From positions 89,528,001 to 89,592,000 of the forward strand of contig OX597823.1 of assembly GCA_951406725.2 (NCBI GenBank): a DNA stretch of 64,000 nucleotides, given 5' to 3'. The position numbers and the translations under genes were made by a program. This stretch comes from Octopus vulgaris. Its lineage: Eukaryota. The notes below the pieces were generated by a model, which searched no databases, had not been told where the DNA came from, and saw only the letters and a program-made list of their open reading frames with translations. This document shows, piece after piece, positions 1 through 12,799 of the stretch. Each line of letters begins with the position of its first letter. The stretch's first letter is position 1.

Positions 1-729
1 GTATATATGTGCTTGTACTTATGTATATGCGTGTATATATATGTGTATATATGTATGTATGCGTGTATATGTATGCATATATATGTATCTTTATGTTTTT
101 CTAATTTTTCCAAGCAATAAACCTCTAATGGTCCTTACTTCCACGTATGCACTAGCTTAGATTTCTACTTTGCCCCATAAGTTTCAACACTTTTTTTTTT
201 CGTTTTCGCAATGACACACAGTTCTAGAAAGGTAGGGAGAATGTTTCTATAGATCTCTCTCGATCATGTTGTCTCTAGTCAATTTATCACTGACTACCAG
301 TTCGTTCTATGCCACAAAAGAAAATTACGATCTTCATTTAGACCCTCGTGCTCTGTCATCCCCTATATGGTGGTACCAGCTTGTGGCCATGCATATGACA
401 TACTAACTTGCGCTGGCTTTCTCATTCCGTCTTCAAAATTGAAAACAAAGTCACAGGTCCAATAAGTCATATTCCAGCAAGTTGATAAGATATCCCTTCA
501 CACATTGGCTAGACTATAGTTAGTAATGCTAGCAAAAGAATTGCTAGTTTTGTCTGAGTTGCTCAATATAATGGGTGTTTGCACACATACATTGTGTGTG
601 TATTGTTACTGTTTCTGTTCTTGATATTGTTGTTACTATTAATGGTGTTATTTAAATTGACGTTTTTAAACACAAAAATTTTCCTGAAATATTTGTGGGC
701 CTAACTCTGAATAAATGAGAGGAGAATAT

Positions 730-2160
730 TCTACTTCAAAATAATGGTGTCCAATCAGAAATTGTTGATGCAACACTAAAGAGGTCTTTTCTTTGCAATC
801 ATGAGAATGTAGTGGAGATGACAACCAATCTAAGACTTCTTACAGAATGTCATTCTGATGAAAGAGAGTTTGCTAAGTACCTTCTTGATGTAGGAAATGG
901 TAACATTTCTGTTGAACAAAGCCTAGGTTAATTCAAAATCAAACTATCCAATGACCTTTGCTTTGAAAGTGGTATTCTTTCAGATCTATGTGATTTTGTA
1001 TAAGCTGACCTCAAAAATAACTTCACAAACCCTGTGCAGCTTGCAAATAGAACCATCATTACTCTAACAAATGAAACAGCACAATTTGTAAATGAGTTTC
1101 TGTTGATCAGGATCCCTGGTGAGCTAAAAATATACAGAAGCTCAGATACAGTTGATAATGAAACTCTGTACCCAATCGAGTTCATCAACAAACTTACACC
1201 ATCAGGGTTTCCACCACACATTCTCAAACTGAAGAAAAAACAATGCTTCTGAGAAATTTAGATGCTACAAATGGACATTGCAATGGCACACACTACATCA
1301 TTGTCAGTTTACATGATCATGTTATTGAGGCTGTGGTTGCTTCTGGTCCTTATGCAGGATCAACTCTGTTAATCCTAAGAATACCGCATGTATCTCAAGA
1401 AATGGAATTTCCATTTACATTTACATGCAAACAATTTCCTGTCAAGCCAGCTTTTGCCTTGACATGCAACAAGACACAGAGACAGACTTTTGAACAAATT
1501 GGAATATATTTTCCGACACAATTCTTCTCTCAAGGTCAGCTGTATGTTGCATTATCTACAGTTTGAAAGAAAGCTAATGTAAAATTATTGGCTGAGAAAA
1601 TGGAAACAGTATGATTACTGACAATTGTGTCTACAAGGAGATACTACTTTAAAGCAAAATATGCTTTTTAGCAAGTTTCAGTAAATAGAATTAACACATA
1701 AAATATATGTAAAGTAACATATTTGTGTGGAATTAAATTGTTTTGGCATATTTTAATACATACCAAATTAATGATATCGTTATATTAGATCATTTTACAT
1801 TTGGGTATATTTGAAAAAGTAAGGAAACGTCATTCCCATGTGTTTTCACAGCACCAGACTTTTGTGTGTGTATCCCTCCACCCCTCCATCATTCCATCTA
1901 TCTATCTATCTATCTATGCATACCTCCTATGTAAGTTCTACCAATTATTAATTATATTTATATATAACAGATTGACTCTTTGAAAAGAAAGATTATGACT
2001 GATAAAATAATGACAGCAATATTTACTAAGCAAGTGAGCACTGTTATACAAAGAAATAATTAGACGTAAAAAAATAAAATTTATTAGAATTGGAAATCAA
2101 GTGTGGAAATATTATCGAATGGCTAGCAGAAAACTGCTCAGAGGGCGGTCTTTCTGCTGG
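730..2160 (+). mobile_element. Helitron 3' portion with decayed PIF1-like helicase (RepHel C-terminus)
   Basis: Frameshifted frames read EIVDATLKRSFL..MTTNLR..EFAKYLLDVGNG, YPIEFINKLTPSGFPPHILKLK, MLLRNLDATNGHCNGT, QFPVKPAFALTCNKTQRQT, FSQGQLYVALS, ending DNCVYKEILL* (~1652): Helitron PIF1 motifs. Hairpin 2123-2160 ending CTGG followed by t resembles a decayed Helitron 3' terminus. Confidence 0.85.
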
Positions 2161-2784
2161 TGTCTTTCTAACGATAATGTTAATGTTACTCATGTTATTG
2201 CTGGCATCACTTATTTTAATTTGTTTAATCTGGTAATCTAATATAAATCTCTGATAAGTTCCCCCTTTTCTTGTTTCCTGTTTATTTCTATAATTGCTTG
2301 TCTAGTCATGTGTTTGTATTGAAACTGATAATCTGTTTTCTTATGAGATACAACAGCTAGAAATAAAAAATACATGTCAGTCTGCTTCATGGTTCCCACA
2401 GACATAATGGAAAAGGCATTGCCCCAGAGGATGGCAAAAGAGACACACTGGAACAGCCACTCCAACTCATGGGACTCACACTAAAGCATAAATTTATAGA
2501 TCTTCAGGATGTTTCATTATGTTAAATATTTTGACTGTGTCTGCAATTTGAAAACATAAATTCAGAATAATATAAGCCTTCTCTCCCTCTCTCACTTTTT
2601 CTTTCTTGTGTTTTTTTCTATTTTTCTATAGATTTCATTATTTCCATTTCTTTGTCTCCACTTCTTTCTCTCTATATATATTTTTTTCTCCATATGAGTC
2701 ACTACTTTCTTTGGCTTAAGTGTAATACATGGACAAAATTGACAGGCCACAGGAACACATATGATAATAATAATGATAATAATA

Positions 2785-2995
2785 AGTTTCAAATTTTGGC
2801 ACAAGGCCAGCAATTTGGGGGAGGAGGTAAGTCCATTGCATTGACCCCAAAACTCAATTAGTACTTATTTTATCAACCCCAAAAGGATGAAAGGCAAAGT
2901 CAACCTTGGCAGAATTACAACTCAGAACATAAGGATGAATGAAATACTACTAAGCACTTTGCCTGGTATGTTAATGGTTCTGCCAGCTTGCAGCT
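2785..2995 (-). mobile_element. SINE family B (Meta-domain-like core), degenerate; further minus copies at ~3843-4050 and ~4075-4228
   Basis: Reverse complement of the gcctttcatcctttcggggtcgataaaataagtacc-type core found in many copies across the window. Confidence 0.75.
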
Positions 2996-3000
2996 TTAAC

Positions 3001-3047
<47 letters not shown>

Positions 3048-3804
3048 GGACTCAAAGCAGAAACAGAGGGATTTTTAATTGCAGCACAAGACCAAAGAAA
3101 TTACCAAAAACATGTAATGAAAAGAAATATTACAAGTAACTGCAGAATATGTGGAGATGGACAAGAAACAATAAATCATATTATCTCTAGCTGCCCAGTC
3201 CTGGCTAAGAAGGAATATATTCACAGACATGACAGAGTTGGAACCTACATACATTGGAAGCTATGCCAACATTATGGAATAACAACAGAAAAAAGATGGT
3301 ATAGGCACACACCAGAAAAGGTCACAGAAAACGAGAAAGCAACCATACTCTGGGATATGCCGATACACACAGATAGAGAAATTAAGACCAACAGACCAGA
3401 TATAGTTGTCAGAGATCATGAAGAAAAAAATGCTTTCTAATTGATGTATCAATACCGGTAGATGACAACGTGTCTCTAAAAGAAATGGAGAAACTCTCAA
3501 AATACAAAGACCTGGAAATAGAGGTAACTAGACTGTGGAATCTGAAAACAGAAACAATTCCTATCATAGTAGGTGCATTAGGCATGATAAAAAAATATTC
3601 AGACAAATACATAACAAAAACACCAGGACTTACAAACACATATAACATACAGAAAATTGCACTACTAGGCACTGCACACATCCTACGCAGAACACTTTCC
3701 ATACAATAACCATCAGAGCATCACAACAAATCACAGCACATACCCAAGGCACACAGAGCTGCGCTCGGTAGTGAAGTGAAAGCACGCTATAAAAATAAAA
3801 CTAA

Positions 3805-3810
<6 letters not shown>
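3048..3810 (+). mobile_element. 5'-truncated R4/Dong-clade non-LTR retrotransposon (zinc knuckle plus restriction-like endonuclease) inserted in (TAA)n
   Basis: ORFs 3117-3440 and 3470-3709, joined by one frameshift in an A-run, give CRICGDGQETINHIISSC, RHD, RPDIVV, KLSKY and IVGALG. (AAT)n flanks both sides, matching the known TAA-repeat targeting of Dong elements. Confidence 0.9.
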
Positions 3811-3842
<32 letters not shown>

Positions 3843-4870
3843 CCTTTCTACAACAGACACAAGGCCTGACATTTTTGGGGAAGGGACCAGTCGATTATAG
3901 TGTGTAACTGATACTTATTTAATCAGCCCTGACAGGAAGAAAGGCAAAACCAACTTTGGTAGTATTTGAACTCAGAACATAAAACGAAACAAAATACCAC
4001 TAAGCATTTTTGTCTGATATCCTAAGAATTCAGCCAGCTGACTGTCTCCTAGTAAATAACAACAACAACAATTGTTTCAAATTTGAGCACAAGATCAGCA
4101 AATTTTCAGAGGGAGGGGCAAATCACTGTAAAAGACAGAAGGATCTGAACTGAGAATGCGAAAGCCAGAAGAAATACTGTTAAGTATTTTGACCAACTTG
4201 CTAATGATTGTGCTAGTTTGCCACCTTCTAATAAATAACAACATCAACAACAATTAATAATACAACATATCACTTAAGCAGTAGTAAATCCATAAATTTT
4301 TGTTTTCTTATCCTCCATTATTTAAAGCTGTAAATTCACACGCACACACACACACAGGGTATAAAGAATAAAAAACATTCATTTGTTTACTTTTCTCTAA
4401 ATACGAACACAACCATTAAATTTGTTTTAACCGATTTTTTTCCATTCAACCAACTTTCGATGTTTAGGTTTCAATGCAACTCAAAATAGACTCAGCTATA
4501 GTTTCTCTATCCATTAAATCAGATAGATGGAGTGCCAAACAAAGATAGAGATATATTCCAGAGAGCTGAATTAAACGGCTTAGTGATGCATGAATACTTC
4601 ATGGATGTTTCGGGTTTTTGTTATTGTATCTTTTTTCTCTTGGAGGGAGAGGGGGTGGGGTATTTTTTGCTGATTTTGTTTTCTTCTATTGCACCTGTAT
4701 TCTTTAGCATTCTGATAGGAGTGTGCACAGCCACCACACATATACACATGTATTCAAGTGTATGTGTGTGTATATACACACAAATATATGTGTATATATA
4801 TATATATCTATATACATATACATTCATACGGATACATACATATATATATATATTTATTTATATTTATTTA

Positions 4871-4924
<54 letters not shown>

Positions 4925-5030
4925 TATGTATTTATATAGACATATTTAGAAGAAAAAAATGGTATTTAAAAATTCTGGCAGATATCAAGTAAGCACTCAG
5001 TATAAAAGAATAAGGCAGAGATAGATAGAC

Positions 5031-5084
<54 letters not shown>

Positions 5085-5390
5085 TGGCACTCTGTCAGTT
5101 ATGACGATGAGGGTTCCAATTGATTCAATCAATGGAACAGCCTGATCGTGAGATTAACGTGTAAGTGGCTGAGCGCTCCACAGATACGTGTACTAATAAT
5201 GTAGTTCTCGGGGAGATTCAGTATGAGACAAAGTATGACAAGGCTTGCCCTTTGAAATACAGGTACAACAGAAACAGGAAGAAAGAATGAGAGAAAGTTG
5301 TGGTTAAAGAGTACAGCAGGGTTAGCTGGAGCCTCGTCGGGCTTTAGGTGTTTTCACTCAATAAACATTCACAACATCTGGTCTGGGAAT
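5085..5390 (-). mobile_element. SINE family C, degenerate partial copy
   Basis: Reverse complement of most of the 8461-8837 element. Confidence 0.8.
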
Positions 5391-5909
5391 GGTCTAGGGT
5401 ATTGCACCATAGAAAAAGAATAAAGATAGCCTAATCACTAAAACCATTACAATTTACTTCAATAGAGAAGATTTATATAAAATTTATAATAATTAAATAT
5501 TGTGAACTAAAAGTTGTTTATTAACTTATTTAGCTTAATACAATCAAGACTGATAACCAGTATTTGTTAAAAGAATACATGTGTGTATGAGCATGTGTGT
5601 CTGTGTTTGCGAGTACATGTGTGTGTGAGAGTGTGTCTGTATCACAGTGTGTCATCACATGTGTGTGTATGTGTGTGTGCATATGTGTGTGTGAGCGAAT
5701 GTATATATGTGTGTGTGTGTGTGTCCATGGGTCTTTGCAAAACCTCTGCTTAATGAGAATATTTACTATTCAAAACCGGTCGTGCTTCGTTTATCCAGAC
5801 TAACTCTCATATCTGTCGTAACAATGTGGCATTCAGGTGTCTAGAAAGGATTTCTATGCTAATTTGGTTCAGCACACCACCACGTTGTTCTTTGGCATAC
5901 TGGTCTATG

Positions 5910-6120
5910 TTTTTTACTGGGGAAGACTGGTTTATGGGGGTTACCTTGGGTTCCCTGTCCATAAAGGGTTTAACTTTACGGTGTATCGTCAAACACCAAG
6001 ACCTGTTGGCTTAAGACCAGGCCAACAGGTCTTGGGGTCTGACAATACATCTTAAAGTTAAACCCTTTATGGGTGGGAAACCCAGGGTAATCTGATAAAC
6101 TAGCCTTCCCTAGTAAAAAT
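5910..6120. repeat. ~100-bp-arm imperfect palindrome (MITE-like hairpin)
   Basis: tttttactggggaagactggtttat...ccaagacctgttggc pairs with gccaacaggtcttgg...ataaactagccttccctagtaaaaa; short loop near 6010-6019. Confidence 0.85.
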
Positions 6121-6230
6121 AAAACATATATATATACATGGTAAAACTTTGTGGAAACAAGTACTGCATATAATATTTACTGCAGCAATCCATACACACA
6201 CACACACACACATATATATATTTTCACACA

Positions 6231-7475
6231 CAAGGATAAGCCAAAAATTATATTTCTCTCATTTCTGTAAAACATTTTATTAAAACAAAACAACGGTTGA
6301 ATATTACATCATTTTTTGACATAGTATCCTTGCTTTTCAATGCACTTCTTCCAGCAGTCCACAAGCTCCCTTATTCCACAGAGAAAAGGATTTTCAGCTA
6401 GTCATACAGCCATTTATGCACACTTCCTGCACTTCTTGGTCTATAGCAAATCAACAGCTTCATAAAGGATGTGTGAGCTGTCCAAATAGGTGATAGTCAG
6501 AGGGTATGAGATTTGGACTGTGTACAGGTTGTTCCAGCAACTCATAACCCAATGGTTTCAATGGTGTGAGCAGCCATATGTGGGTATGCATTGTTGTGCA
6601 ACAATAACACTTGATTTGACAATGGACTTCAGTGTTTGATGCGAGTTGCCAGTTTCAGTTTATTGGCCAGCATTTCACTGTAGCCTACACTGGAGACTGT
6701 AGACCCCTTTTCCAGATAATGTTCCAGTGCAGGCCCCCTTGTGTCCCTTTTTCTGCAGAAGGTTGTCTTGAATTCCTTTTTGAAGGCAATTCCAGGTGTT
6801 TTCCCTTTATACTCTGCTTTTCGGATTCTGGCTCGGTGATGGAACCAAGCTTCATCTCCTGTGACTATTCTCCCCAAAAAAGCTTTGTTGCTATCAGTCA
6901 AGCAAGCATTGACAGGTTTCCAAATGATTGCACTTGTGTTTTTTGTAAGCTTTCTAGGCACTAGTCTCACACAAACTTTACAAAAGTGAAGCTTGTCATA
7001 AATGATTTGATATGCAGAACTATGACTGATTGGCAGAAAACCTGCCAAATGGTCGGTGGTCACTCACTGGTTCACCAGAAGCATCTCACAAGCTGGTTGA
7101 ATCTTCATGTCAGTAGTGTAGGTTGATGGGAGGCCTATTCCCTCTTCATGCTTCATGCATGTCTGGCTTCTCCATCTACTCATACAAGGACAGTAGAGCA
7201 CTATCCTTGAATTGTACTGAAAGCCTGCAATAAATTTCAGCCCAACATACCTTCAAACCAGAGAAATTGGATCACTGATCTCTGTTCTTCCCTAGTGCAC
7301 ACTACCAACAGAGAGGCCATATTTACCATATAATACAAGATAACTGTTGTGATCAAGGTTAAATCTCAGTTACATAACCACAAGCATACCATCTTTTAGC
7401 ACACAAGTGCTGAAGGCAATGTGGCCAACCTGAAGAAAGTTTTGGAGAAAGTGCAGACAATTTTTGACTCTCTCG
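6231..7475 (-). mobile_element. Decayed mariner transposon
   Basis: ORF 6629-7063 contains LVPRKL (WVPxxL-like) and RIVTGDEAWFHH; imperfect TIRs caaggataagccaaaaatt / aatttttgactctctcg, with ta after the right TIR; ~1.25 kb. Confidence 0.85.
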
Positions 7476-8460
7476 TATATAAAATGGCTGTGAATTCACT
7501 AGATGAGTATGACCCTCACTGACAAGTTATCTTCAATTTCCTTTTGCTTTTTTTCAGTGACCATAAGACCTACAGTAGCTCTTAAAGCTAGTAAATGACT
7601 TGCATTTTTTGTTGTTGATGCAGCATTTATTTTCATGCTGCACTCAGGAGCTTGTTCTGTATAGCACCTTGATTGTATACATTCATGTGGCTTGTGAATC
7701 TGGATCAGCTGGAAAATTCCTTTTCATGTAGACTGAATAAATTGGCTGTATTCAACCTGAGGCCTTTAATCATGTTTGTGTAGATGACATCTGAAACCAA
7801 CTCTGAAGAGGCTATTTCTTCTTCAATCATTACGCTCAAAATGTGGGACTGTTGGACCAAGAGGTTATCTTTTCTTAGAGTCTTGCTTTACAATATACAA
7901 TTCTAATAATGAAGATTCCTGAAACTTCCCAATCACCATTGGTTATTTTTATGTACCAGTTACTTCTGTCTAGCACTGAAGACTCTAAATCAATTGTTTC
8001 AATCTTGCATCAAGTTAGAGAATCTCTCACATAGGCCTTAAATCTCAATTTTGACTTAGGCTGTAGTATTGTCCCTTGTTAAACTGAACCAAGTTAAACT
8101 GTATATCAGATTAACCTGGCAAATCAGTTCAGAATATATCTGTCTGTGTTGACTTTGGCTACCAATTTGGATTATCAGTGATATGGTAGTATATATTGTG
8201 TGTGCTAGATGAACGCAGTACATTCAACAAAAATCTTAAAGCTGTTAAAAACATTAAGCTTCCTCAACAATATAACCATGGACCATATTAGGAAACTATT
8301 TTTTTCCTGTCTTCTCTTATAAAAGATCATGGAAGTTGATCTGAGATAACACTTTACACTCCATTTAGTTGTATCATTAGCATCAGACAGATGATAGGAT
8401 AATCAGTGACAATGAATGGCATTTCACTAGGCCACACCCTGTTTACTATTTGCTTTTAGT

Positions 8461-8837
8461 GGAGGAGCAATGGCCCAGTGGTTAGGGCAGCGGACTCGCG
8501 GTCGTAGGATCATGGTTTCGATTCCCAGACCGGGCGTTGTGAGTGTTTATTGAGTGAAAACACCTAAAGCTCCACGAGGCTCCGGCCGGGATGGTGGTGA
8601 TCCCTGCTGTACTCTTTCACCACAACTTTCTCTCACTCTTACTTCCTGTTTCTGTTGTACCTGTATTTCAAAGGGCCAGCCTTGTCACTCTCTGAGTCAC
8701 GCTGAATATCCCCAAGAACTACGTTAAGGGTACACGTGTCTGTGGAGTGCTCAGCCACTTACACGTTAATTTCACGAGCAGGCTGTTCTGTTGATCGGAT
8801 CAACCGGAACCCTCGTCGTCGTAACCGACGGAGTGCT
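8461..8837 (+). mobile_element. tRNA-derived SINE family C, near full length
   Basis: tRNA-like head with A box (tggcccagtgg) and B-box-like gtttcgattcc; CpGs retained. ctactatttgctttta/caactatttgctttta-like sequence occurs on both flanks (actatttgctttta shared), consistent with a target-site duplication. Confidence 0.85.
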
Positions 8838-9331
8838 TCTCAACTATTTGCTTTTACATCTCTTCTCTAAGAAATATACCTTCTCCCAAATATTCATTCG
8901 TCTTAAGTTAACTAGTCTTTTAATCAGCTTACCGCTTACGTTCATTCACTGCATCCTCCCTCTATTTTTTTTTTATCCAAGTTCAGCTTGTTACTTAGAC
9001 TTTTTCTTATTTGCTTTTACATCCCCAGCTAATAATAAACACTATGTTTTCATGATATGAAGTTGTGTGCATAAATTCATTAAAAATGTATTAACTGTTT
9101 TTCTTTTATTCTTTATCATATCATCTGGCCATAATTCCTTTGCAAGTCCAATACTTCACACTTAAAAACAATATAAATCATGTCAAAATAGTTTGAGGTT
9201 TGAATGTTTAGTTTCAAGTACCACTTATATCAAGCTAATAGGGTCAGCAGTACAGTATACCCTCCCTATAACTATAACCACTATATGCAATACAGTTTTC
9301 ATTGATACTTCAATCATTAAGCACCTTTTAA

Positions 9332-9368
<37 letters not shown>

Positions 9369-9399
9369 CCTTCAATGAAAAGCAATAATCAAAATAAGC

Positions 9400-10760
9400 A
9401 TGTGATTACCTACCAATCCAAAATTGGAACTTTTATAGAAATTAGAGGATGTACTTTGCTGATGAGAGTTTGAGAAAAGTACGATGTTAAAAAGCAGTTA
9501 GTTTGGAATATATGCAAAGATAGGACAAACTCATTGCATTTTCTTTAAAATATAATGTTGATGCAAATTCTAAATCATTGTCAGTTGGTGCAAGGAAATA
9601 TATGACAGCCAAAAATATATACAAGTTTTGAAAACACTGTGATGGAGTGATTTATCTATCAAGGATCTTGTGATAATATCGTCTGCGATGAAGAAATTCA
9701 AAAGGCTATTATCAATCTAGCTTGGCAAATAAGTATCAAGAATTTCAATTCCAGTAACAGCGGGTGTGGTAAATTTGAAATCACTATGGAATGAAAATTG
9801 AAATTAACTAACCATGATGAAGAAGACTGTGCATCAACATTTTCATGGAAAAGGTTCAATGATTTATTCAAAGAGCTCCTAATTTCACAAGTTAATGGGG
9901 TTGAAAATGAGTTCTACTGACGGTTAATTACTCAAGCTCCCAAAATTTTGAGAATATTTACGATACTGCTTTGTGCGAACGCAAGGGTATTCTCCCTTTA
10001 AACTATCAAGTTGGGGAAGATCACCACGTCCACAAATTTTGAGACAATGCACCAATTACCGTTCCATTATTACAGTCCTAAAAGATACATTATTCCCCTC
10101 ATATTTCATCTTTGCAGTGCTAAATACCAAGATGTCATCAAACTTCCAGATGATGAAATAAAGAATCAACTAATTTTGGACAACACAACTCCTCACCTAG
10201 GTGGTCACAATACATCAGTATCATTGGTAAAATGCAGTGCATGTATCCCCACCACCACCACATCACGTTACCTCCATGACTCATTATTCAGTCAATGGAT
10301 CAAGATATAACTTTAGGCTGCAAAGGATTACATCAATAATCATATTTAGACGAAGTTCTCGTGCCATTGAAGTGATCAGTTTTTGAGAAGGCAGAATACG
10401 AAGACGAATACAAATAGCTATCGAGAATAACACCCAAGAACTACAAACTGAAGTTTGCTATATTTAATTTAGTAGGTAAATGAAAAGCTCTGATTACTAC
10501 CATATTAGCTAATGCTTGGGGAAACATTTTTCTACAATGTAGAGGTAGAACACGATTTTGAAGGATTTGGGGTGAATAATTTTCATCATACAGAAAGGCA
10601 ACGTCATAACTTAGATAGAAGACATAGAGGGTCACCCCTGAATACTAAATTGTAATAGAAGAAATAATGGCGGTTTATGCTGGTAACAAAAAATAGTGAG
10701 GATGACGAAGACAACTAACCATAGAAACCATGGACCAAAAATCCCAACTTTCTGTCGTGC
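9400..10760 (+). mobile_element. Highly decayed pogo/Tigger (DDE_1) transposase fossil
   Basis: LILDNTTPH (ORF 10011-10310), then frameshifted LPP...IIQSMDQDI at ~10268-10309, matching the LLLDNAPxH and LPPNTTSxxQPMDQGII motifs; boundaries approximate. Confidence 0.7.
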
Positions 10761-10839
10761 GAGAATCTGTTGATAACATTTCGTACATTATGCAAAATGT
10801 AACGTTATGTAATGAAATGTATGTAACATTTTGTAACGG

Positions 10840-11040
10840 TAGGCGAAATGCTTAGCAGTATTTCGTCTGTCTTTACGTTCTGAGTTCAAATTCCTCCGAG
10901 GTCGACTTCGCCTTTCATCCTTTCGAAGTTGATAAATTAAGTACCAGTTGCGTACTGGAGTCGATCTAATCGACTAAACACACACACACACACATACACG
11001 CATTCAAATTTCGGGCTTTGTGCCTAGAGTAGAAAAGAAT
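10840..11040 (+). mobile_element. SINE family B copy; others at ~12420-12595(-), 14660-14790(+), 17110-17215(+), 31238-31445(+), 36063-36449(-, two), 37320-37485(-), 38000-38380(nested), 45325-45430(-), 46320-46515(-), 47562-47770(-), 52595-52800(+), 59640-59840(+)
   Basis: Shared gttctgagttcaaattccgccgaggtcgactttgcctttcatcctttcggggtcgataaattaagtacc core. Confidence 0.85.
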
Positions 11041-11759
11041 ATTTTCAATATCTTATAACTTTAGAAGAATTCAATATTCCAGAAGCAGCATTAGCAAAAC
11101 TTTGACACGACAGGGAATCATTTTCAAAATAACAGGTTCTGTTTATGTTGTTTTTTTTATTATCTAACAAATAAATTCTTTACATAAACAATTTTTATTT
11201 CATCTAACGACTCATCGAAATTAATATAGAGGGATTTTGTGCCTAAAATATAAATAGAAATAGTCCTGCGAGAAAATAAATCTGAGAACCACTACTGAAG
11301 GGAAATCTATTAATACTTATGATTCCCGAAAGAAAACTGAAGTCGTGATTTATTTTCGCACTGATTAAACTGATGTCATGCCTGTCTCATAAGCATTATA
11401 TTAGTAACAAAGAAAACCAATCAATTAAGACAAACCAAAAAATAAGCAGCAAATTCTTTCTTGTTGAAAGTCTCTCGTTTCTTAAGAATGCTAACTTATT
11501 TCAAGGGAGGTTACTCCAGCTTCGATTTGCATATTCTCTCATAGTAACGTCCCTTGTTCTGTAAGCTTTGTTTTTTAACCACTTCTAAGCTTAAATATTT
11601 TGACACTTATAAATTTTCCTTTAAAAGACTGTAATTTCTCTATTTTTTGTGAAGCACGAACAATAGTGATTAAAGAAATTTATCTTTAATTACATTTGTT
11701 TAGATTTTGTGCGTTTTTCTTTAATCACCATGAAGTCTTTCACGAAATGTTTTGATTGC

Positions 11760-11942
11760 TAATTCAGGAAGTAACTTGTCGTGGTCTGTTGGAGCTTAAA
11801 CATAATAAATTGAGGGTAGTGTGCGTGTGTTTAGATAGAGTAGCATTTCAACATTTCGTCTTATTTTAACATTATACTTCGCTTGAACATCACTGTCGTT
11901 GTCATCGACGTTGCAACCGTCGACGTTAATACTTTCATTGTT

Positions 11943-11976
<34 letters not shown>

Positions 11977-12073
11977 CAAAAAAAACCTGTTTTTATTTGC
12001 ACGTTTTCGGCAATTCGTATCACTACATGTATAAAGTGACGTTAATGATATAATTCAGTTTTAAAAGGTGAGT
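11760..12073 (+). promoter_or_regulatory. Candidate promoter / non-coding first exon of a + strand host gene
   Basis: Largely non-repetitive, locally CpG-rich sequence with an ETS-like caggaagt (~11765) and a consensus donor AAG|GTGAGT at 12067/12068. Inference only. Confidence 0.4.
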
Positions 12074-12799
12074 CCGTAATCATTAATTATACACCTCACT
12101 CCTTTACTAAGCATGTTTTCTTTCTTATCTCACAAGAAGTGTTGTGTTTTATAAACTAATTTACTCGCGTCGCTATGGAGCTTCTTTCTAACCGGTCACT
12201 CGTTCGACCTACCAAGATCGCCTTCAGTAAACAAAAATTAAGTCACAAAAACAAAAAAAAATATTTGATAATAAACAGGGGGGGAAAAACCTTAATAGGC
12301 GGATAAAATCACTAATTAGAATTTGAAAAAAGTCATATGTTTAAATATCATAATGCATACTCGAAAAAAACAATGGTATTAAACGCGTTTTTAATCGTTT
12401 TCGAACTGATAATAAGTGTCTGAGGTCAACAAGTTTGAGGGGAGAAGCAAGCTGATTACATCGACCTCCTTACCCGGCCAATTCTTAATTTTGTTGGCCT
12501 AGGCGATAGAATTTGAACTCACAATGTAGAGACGAACGAAAGCCTTAGCGGCATTTTGTCCGGCGTGCTAACGGTTCTGCCAGCACGTCGCCTTGCGTCC
12601 GATGCCTAACGGCAACACTATTTATATACAGACATAGGGAAAAAGATTTTCTTTTAATAATTTTTTGTTTAATGCCTTGACAGAAAACGTGAAACAAAAA
12701 TAATTCATTCATTGAAGCTTTTCTGTGACTTTTTTTTTTCTTGTGACTGTCTTCCTCTCATTCAAATAACACATTGCCGTCTTTTAAAATACATAAACA

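Noticed and set aside
7480-8450. Unique-looking sequence with possible coding remnants
   Set aside because: No ORF in the track and no motif I could assign by eye; needs BLASTx.
8461-8535. tRNA gene
   Set aside because: The tRNA-like head continues into a SINE body that has another copy at 5085-5390; no convincing acceptor stem.
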